Shown piece by piece: positions 61,135 through 64,000 of a stretch of 64,000 bases of DNA. The DNA is from Bispira polyomma (Eukaryota). The stretch spans positions 47,306,001-47,370,000 of the forward strand of contig OZ287757.1 in assembly GCA_965649765.1 (NCBI GenBank), given 5' to 3'. The notes below the pieces were generated by a model, which did not search any database, was not told the DNA's origin, and saw only the letters and a list, made by a program, of their open reading frames with translations. Numbering within the stretch: position 1 is the stretch's first letter; every line of letters begins with the position of its first letter. Made by a program: the position numbers and the translations under genes.

Positions 61135-62651
61135 CTTGTCTGACAAGTTATCCGACCTTGTGTCTCAGTCAACTTCATAACTGATCGAGTGTTTTTGGTC
61201 TAACATTGGCCAAAATAGTAAGTTATTGGCACCCAAATAATCACCATATAGTCTAGAGTAATGTTTTACACAGGCCACACTAGGCTCAAAAGGACAAACT
61301 TGTGTGGAAATCGATTTGATGTGATTTAGGTATAACATCGCTTTCAACATATTTTATAGGTCATATCACAACATGCAATATATACTAGTTGGTCAATGTT
61401 GTACACTCTAAGCCAGTGACCATCGGCAAGTAAATGCCAAATTTTCCACTTACAGCCCTGGCCGAGATTCAAACTGGGACCTCAGAGGTTGGAGGTCTGT
61501 GTGTTAGCACTGCGCCACTAAGGCCCTACACTTTTTGTGGAGTACCTTGTGTGGAGTACATTGTCCAAGGCTACAATCTCCAACCCAATTTAATATTACT
61601 CGTTCACCTTCGAACACAGCGGATAGAATCAACCCTTCCCTTGCTTTTCTAGGATCCACAGTAGTGTACTTGCTAACCGAATTGAGAAAACGAGAAAAAC
61701 ACTAAATAGAATCCCACTACAGTTAAACCCACTACAGTTAAATCCCAAAAGTTGTTGTTTAATGTTCATACAATCTTATATGTCTGTGTGGAACTATTCT
61801 GGAAGTCACTGCATAACTTGTATTTGGTGGTACTTATACTTAACGTTAAACCCTTACAATATAACACTATAGACTGATAGTCAGGAGAACTACTTCTAAA
61901 GTCCACTGTGTCTAGTATATTTCAATTATATTTTCATGGTTCTGTTCCGAATGAAGTGTGCACCCTAAGGTAAAATTTAACCCTTTTAATCCTAAGAGAA
62001 AAATATTGCCAGGAACTGAAGGGAATTTTTAGGTAATCGGCTACACATAGCTGTACCACCGACTACTTCCAGCATTCAATAACAGTCTTGCATATGGGAA
62101 AATAATATTTTGGAGGTCTTGACTGCTGGTCGGCAGACATACGGGTCAAAAGGGTTAAACATAACAAAATTACATCGGTTGGTTCACTGGTACAAATATA
62201 GATTCCAGCATAGTAGTGTTTGCGTCAACCAATATTAATTTTCACAAGAAGCGTTGGCTGCTTCTCAGTCATCGTAGTGGACAACACTAAATCGGAGGTA
62301 AAATTAGAGGTTTTAAAATGTGTACAGCAGTCCAATACAATGTTGTAGTGTTTGTATAATTTGTTTCATTTCTACTCTTGATAAAGCAAATGGCTGAAGC
62401 TTTAAACTGTAGCAGAAAATATATATTCTGTGAGAAGAAACTCTATTCGCTAAAACCAAAATTATTTTTTTGTAAAAAAAAATTTCTCAAACAAAAATCA
62501 AACCTCTTAACTCTCAAATCTAAGTATAATGCTACATTTACCTTTTGAATATACATTACATTATCATAATCTAAAAAATCCCTTTAAAAGTACACACCTT
62601 GATTTATGTTGGTATTCTTTAGTATTTACTGTCATTTTCTTTATATTTCAG

Positions 62652-62702
62652 CGGCACTAGCCTTTGTGACTGATGGCATTGGAAACCCTTCGTTCAGACA
62701 AG
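62652..62702 (+). CDS. Secreted repeat/Cys-rich protein, copy 3, exon 3 (exon 4 starts at 63996 and leaves the window)
   Basis: Same as copy 2. Confidence 0.7.
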
Positions 62703-64000
62703 GTAAACCACACTGAGTGCTGAATTTCAATATCTGTATTTGATAATGATCAACTGTTCTATCAATGGTGTTGAGACATGTGGTTTTACCATGGGCTATT
62801 TTGTTAAGGAGTTGGTTGAGAAGGTCCCTGGATTGTCTGATCAGTTGGCAGAGTTGGTCTGGTGACTGGGAGGTCTCCAGTTCCATGCATGTGTAATATC
62901 AATATATGTCAATGCTTTAAACACTCCGACCTCTGGGATTTCTCCTTTTGCTCAACTGTTGGTGTACTGGACTATTAATCTCAAGACACCCAAAGTCCAT
63001 AGAATGAATCCCACCAGAAGCAAGCCTCCTTCTACTTTTACACCTGCTAATGCAGCTTTGTTTTTTGTTTGGTTAACATCCTTGGACAAGATATGAATAC
63101 GCCACTGCCTACTGATGACTAACAAGGCTATGTCATAGGACCATCCATTTCAGAGAAAGACATTTTTATGAGATTTTTATTTGATTTTATTATATTTATA
63201 AGATGAGAGTTTTTGGCATGGCATTACACCCCCTACTTGCAGTAATGAGTGTCAAAATTATCACTTTCAAAGGTGTAACTTTCAATTTTGTTACAAGGTC
63301 ATGCGACTATGTATTAGCCAGTGAAAATTGAGGATGTGACACATACATCCGACATCCTCATTTGAACTGAAAATTGCAGACAATTGCAGACAAATTTCTT
63401 GACATCAGTTTTGCTCTATTGTATTTTCTGTTTATCAAGCTGTACGCCAGCAGAAGAATCAGAAATTAATTATTTAGACATGTACAGTTACTACTAAACT
63501 ACATAGGTGGAACTAGGAATTTGTTAAGGTCCTAGAATATATTGTGAACATAAATGTTAATTTTTTGGTTGCTAACCTCATGTTTCTATCACCAGTAAAA
63601 ATTATTTAAAGAGGGGCGGTGTATAATAATTATTGCTTGGAAGGGCCAGTCGTCTTATGACACCTCTTTGTTGCCTACCAGTCCACATCGAAGGGAGCCA
63701 AATTTGGTGATATTTTTTGTAAAAATGTATCGAGCAGTAGTTTATTGGAGTATGATATTGGTCATCTTTTTATCCGAATGCCCCAATAACAAACATGAAT
63801 CTGACAACCATATTTCAATATTTATGTTCACAATATATTGAGGTAATGGATCTTCCCGACCCATACCCCCTCATTACGACATCCTGGGCGCAACTATTGG
63901 TCCGCTGATACTGATTTACATTAGGCTGCTCAAAGCCTATATGCCCTACCAAATCATTGTTCTTGTACTGTTTCTCTATCACTGCTTGTATCCAGTGACT

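Larger units (their letters stand above)
52517..64000 (+). repeat. Tandem segmental duplication unit, copy 3 (partial, runs off the window)
   Basis: Near-identical to 22934-40231 apart from the Ngaro element, minisatellite length and a few small changes. Confidence 0.95.

Overview
AT-rich, repeat-dense eukaryotic DNA, probably from an invertebrate animal (a lophotrochozoan origin is an inference). The window is a tandem array of a ~23 kb unit: copy 1 ~573-22933, copy 2 22934-52516, and copy 3 from 52517 past the window end. Each unit carries (i) a five-exon + strand gene, invisible in the ORF track, for a secreted protein with a signal peptide, G-S-x-x-P-F/R hexapeptide repeats, a helical linker, a dibasic RR site and an 8-Cys domain whose inter-Cys residues differ strongly between copies; (ii) a convergent - strand exon encoding a PAN/Apple-like Cys domain, with a candidate signal-peptide exon; (iii) a decayed MEGF10/SREC-type EGF exon; and (iv) LINE, Gypsy, Harbinger, MITE, SINE and minisatellite remnants. 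Copy 2 alone holds a full-length 6212-bp Ngaro-type tyrosine-recombinase retrotransposon (31942-38153). It has split direct repeats and no TSD, and the exact empty site is visible in copy 3. In this element gag and pol are in one frame separated by a single TAG (candidate readthrough). The recombinase ORF is preceded by a splice acceptor in phase with two consensus donors in gag (candidate spliced expression), and it carries one premature stop. All gene models were read by eye and lack transcript support.
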